This document shows, in pieces, positions 54,243 to 55,500 of a stretch of 55,500 bases of DNA. Location: assembly GCA_964605205.1 (NCBI GenBank), contig CAZSBL010000004.1, positions 1-55,500 on the forward strand, read 5' to 3'. The first letter of the stretch is position 1, and the number at the start of each line of letters is the position of its first letter. Position numbers and translations under genes: made by a program. The stretch comes from an uncultured Gemmatimonadaceae bacterium. GTDB taxonomy: Bacteria > Gemmatimonadota > Gemmatimonadetes > Longimicrobiales > RSA9. The notes under the pieces were generated by a model. It did not search any database and was not told the origin of the DNA. It saw only the letters and a program-made list of their open reading frames with translations.

Positions 54243-54365
54243 CTAAAGCCCTCCACCTTCGTAGGCAAAGCCTGCTTCGTCTTTTCGATCGTGCTTCTTC
54301 GCGTCTTCCTGCTTCTCGAGTTCGATCCCTTCGGCCTCCGGCCTCGGGACCTCGCGCCATCAGGC

Positions 54366-54425
54366 GCGGCCGGTCGAAAGCGAGGCGAAGCCGAGCGGTC
54401 GAACCTCGCAGCCGAGCGGTCGAAC
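54366..54425. repeat. REP-like unit plus 15-bp direct repeat in the sufC-sufB spacer
   Basis: GCGAG-GC-GAA-GC-CGAG at 54380-54395; GCCGAGCGGTCGAAC at 54390 and 54411. Confidence 0.75.
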
Positions 54426-54430
54426 GTCGT

Positions 54431-55210
54431 TCAGACCGCGCCCGCCGTGGTCTCCTCCTCCTGCCACTCGGCGTAGCCCTCGGCCTCCAGCTGCTCCGCC
54501 AGCTCCGGCCCGCCGGACTTGACGAGCCGACCATCGATCATGACGTGCACGAAGTCGGGCTCGATGTAGTTCAGAAGACGCTGGTAGTGAGTGATCAACA
54601 GGACCCCCATCTCGTCCTCATGCTCCGCGTGGAGCTTGTTCACGCCCGCCGCAACCACCTGCAGCGCGTCGATGTCCAGCCCCGAGTCCGTCTCATCCAT
54701 CACCGCCAGCGTGGGCTCCAGCATCGCCAGCTGAAGGATCTCGTTGCGCTTCTTCTCACCACCGCTGAACCCCTGGTTCACGCTCCGCTGCGCGAACGAC
54801 GTGTCCATCTCCAGCAGCGCCATACGGTCCATCAGCTTCTGCTGGAACTCGAAGAGGTCCACTTCCTCGTCGCCGGCCTTCGCCTGCACCGCCGTACGCA
54901 GGAAGTTCGCGATGGAGACGCCGGGGATCTCCACCGGGTACTGGAACGCCAGGAATACGCCCGCCTGGGCACGCTCGTCCGCCTCCAGCTCCAGCAGGTC
55001 CTCCCCCTGGAACTCCACGCTGCCCTGCGTCACCTCGTACGCAGGGTGGCCCGCCAGCACCTTCGCCAGCGTGCTCTTCCCCGAGCCGTTCGGACCCATG
55101 ATCGCGTGGATCTTCCCCGCCTCGATCTCCAGGTCCACCCCTCGCAGGATCTTCGTCCCGTCGCCCTCGGCAACGCTCGCGTGCAGATCTTCGATCTTCA
55201 GGATCGCCAT
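54431..55210 (-). CDS. sufC: Fe-S cluster assembly ATPase SufC
   Basis: GPNGSGKS, FQYPVEIPG, FSGGEKKR, DETDSGLD. Confidence 0.97.
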   Translation of the reverse strand: MAILKIEDLHASVAEGDGTKILRGVDLEIEAGKIHAIMGPNGSGKSTLAKVLAGHPAYEVTQGSVEFQGEDLLELEADERAQAGVFLAFQYPVEIPGVSIANFLRTAVQAKAGDEEVDLFEFQQKLMDRMALLEMDTSFAQRSVNQGFSGGEKKRNEILQLAMLEPTLAVMDETDSGLDIDALQVVAAGVNKLHAEHEDEMGVLLITHYQRLLNYIEPDFVHVMIDGRLVKSGGPELAEQLEAEGYAEWQEEETTAGAV

Positions 55211-55366
55211 ATGTCCACTGTCCGTGTTCGTCTATCCCGGGGCCGGCCGTCCCGACCCCTCGGGGGCCCGCGCCCCGATTCCCGTTGTCAAGTTCCGTGC
55301 CCGTGCACCGCGCCTCGGTCCCGCGTCCCCAGACAAAAGGGCCCGTCGCATCGGGCGGCGGACAAT

Positions 55367-55381
55367 CAAGAATGATTCTCG
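55367..55381. promoter_or_regulatory. Fur-box-like operator upstream of the suf operon
   Basis: CAAGAAT-G-ATTCTCG with a perfect AGAAT-G-ATTCT core, similar to the site at 1696. Confidence 0.55.
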
Positions 55382-55500
55382 ATCTCAACAATACCCGCGC
55401 CACACCATCGATGCAAGGGGCCGTGTTCTGAGGCCTGCCATCATCGGCCATCTTAGCTTAACGGCAGGTAGACATTTAGGCGATGGGGCAGGGGGCGGGC

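Noticed and set aside
1-55500. tRNA, rRNA, transposase, integrase, prophage or known defence-system genes
   Set aside because: None recognised by eye; a tRNAscan-SE, Infernal or DefenseFinder run would be needed to exclude them formally.

Overview
High-GC bacterial chromosome segment; the gene families suggest Gemmatimonadota (Longimicrobiales-like), which is inference, and GC was judged by eye, not computed. Housekeeping content: the 3' end of gyrA, dps divergent from an OprB-porin-feoA-feoB operon, pfkA, ldcA, pduO, ferredoxin, fadI, mscL and a sufC-B-D-Rieske-S-U operon. I found no rRNA, tRNA, transposase, integrase or cas gene. The notable parts are these. (1) A five-gene operon (8067-16061) encodes an MBL hydrolase, an exported metacaspase-DUF4384, a CHASE2 adenylate cyclase, a DUF928-like exported protein and a GAF/HD-GYP protein; it faces a cNMP-binding/degenerate-PP2C gene. 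A second exported metacaspase with a CsgG-like-TPR partner lies nearby and shares the peptide TRGIGV with the first. Together these form a candidate protease-triggered cyclic-nucleotide signalling system. (2) A likely ceramide biosynthesis operon (spt, bCerS-like, CerR-like) carries an AUR1/PAP2-like gene. (3) A SelW/Rdx selenoprotein with an in-frame UGA and a bSECIS hairpin was missed by the ORF track. (4) Several structured intergenic repeats occur, including a 63-bp-period array of symmetric 27-bp cores downstream of feoB and a 12-unit GTAG/GNA-triloop hairpin cluster downstream of gyrA. (5) Matching Fur-like boxes sit upstream of the feo and suf operons. All family calls come from motif recognition; no database search was run.
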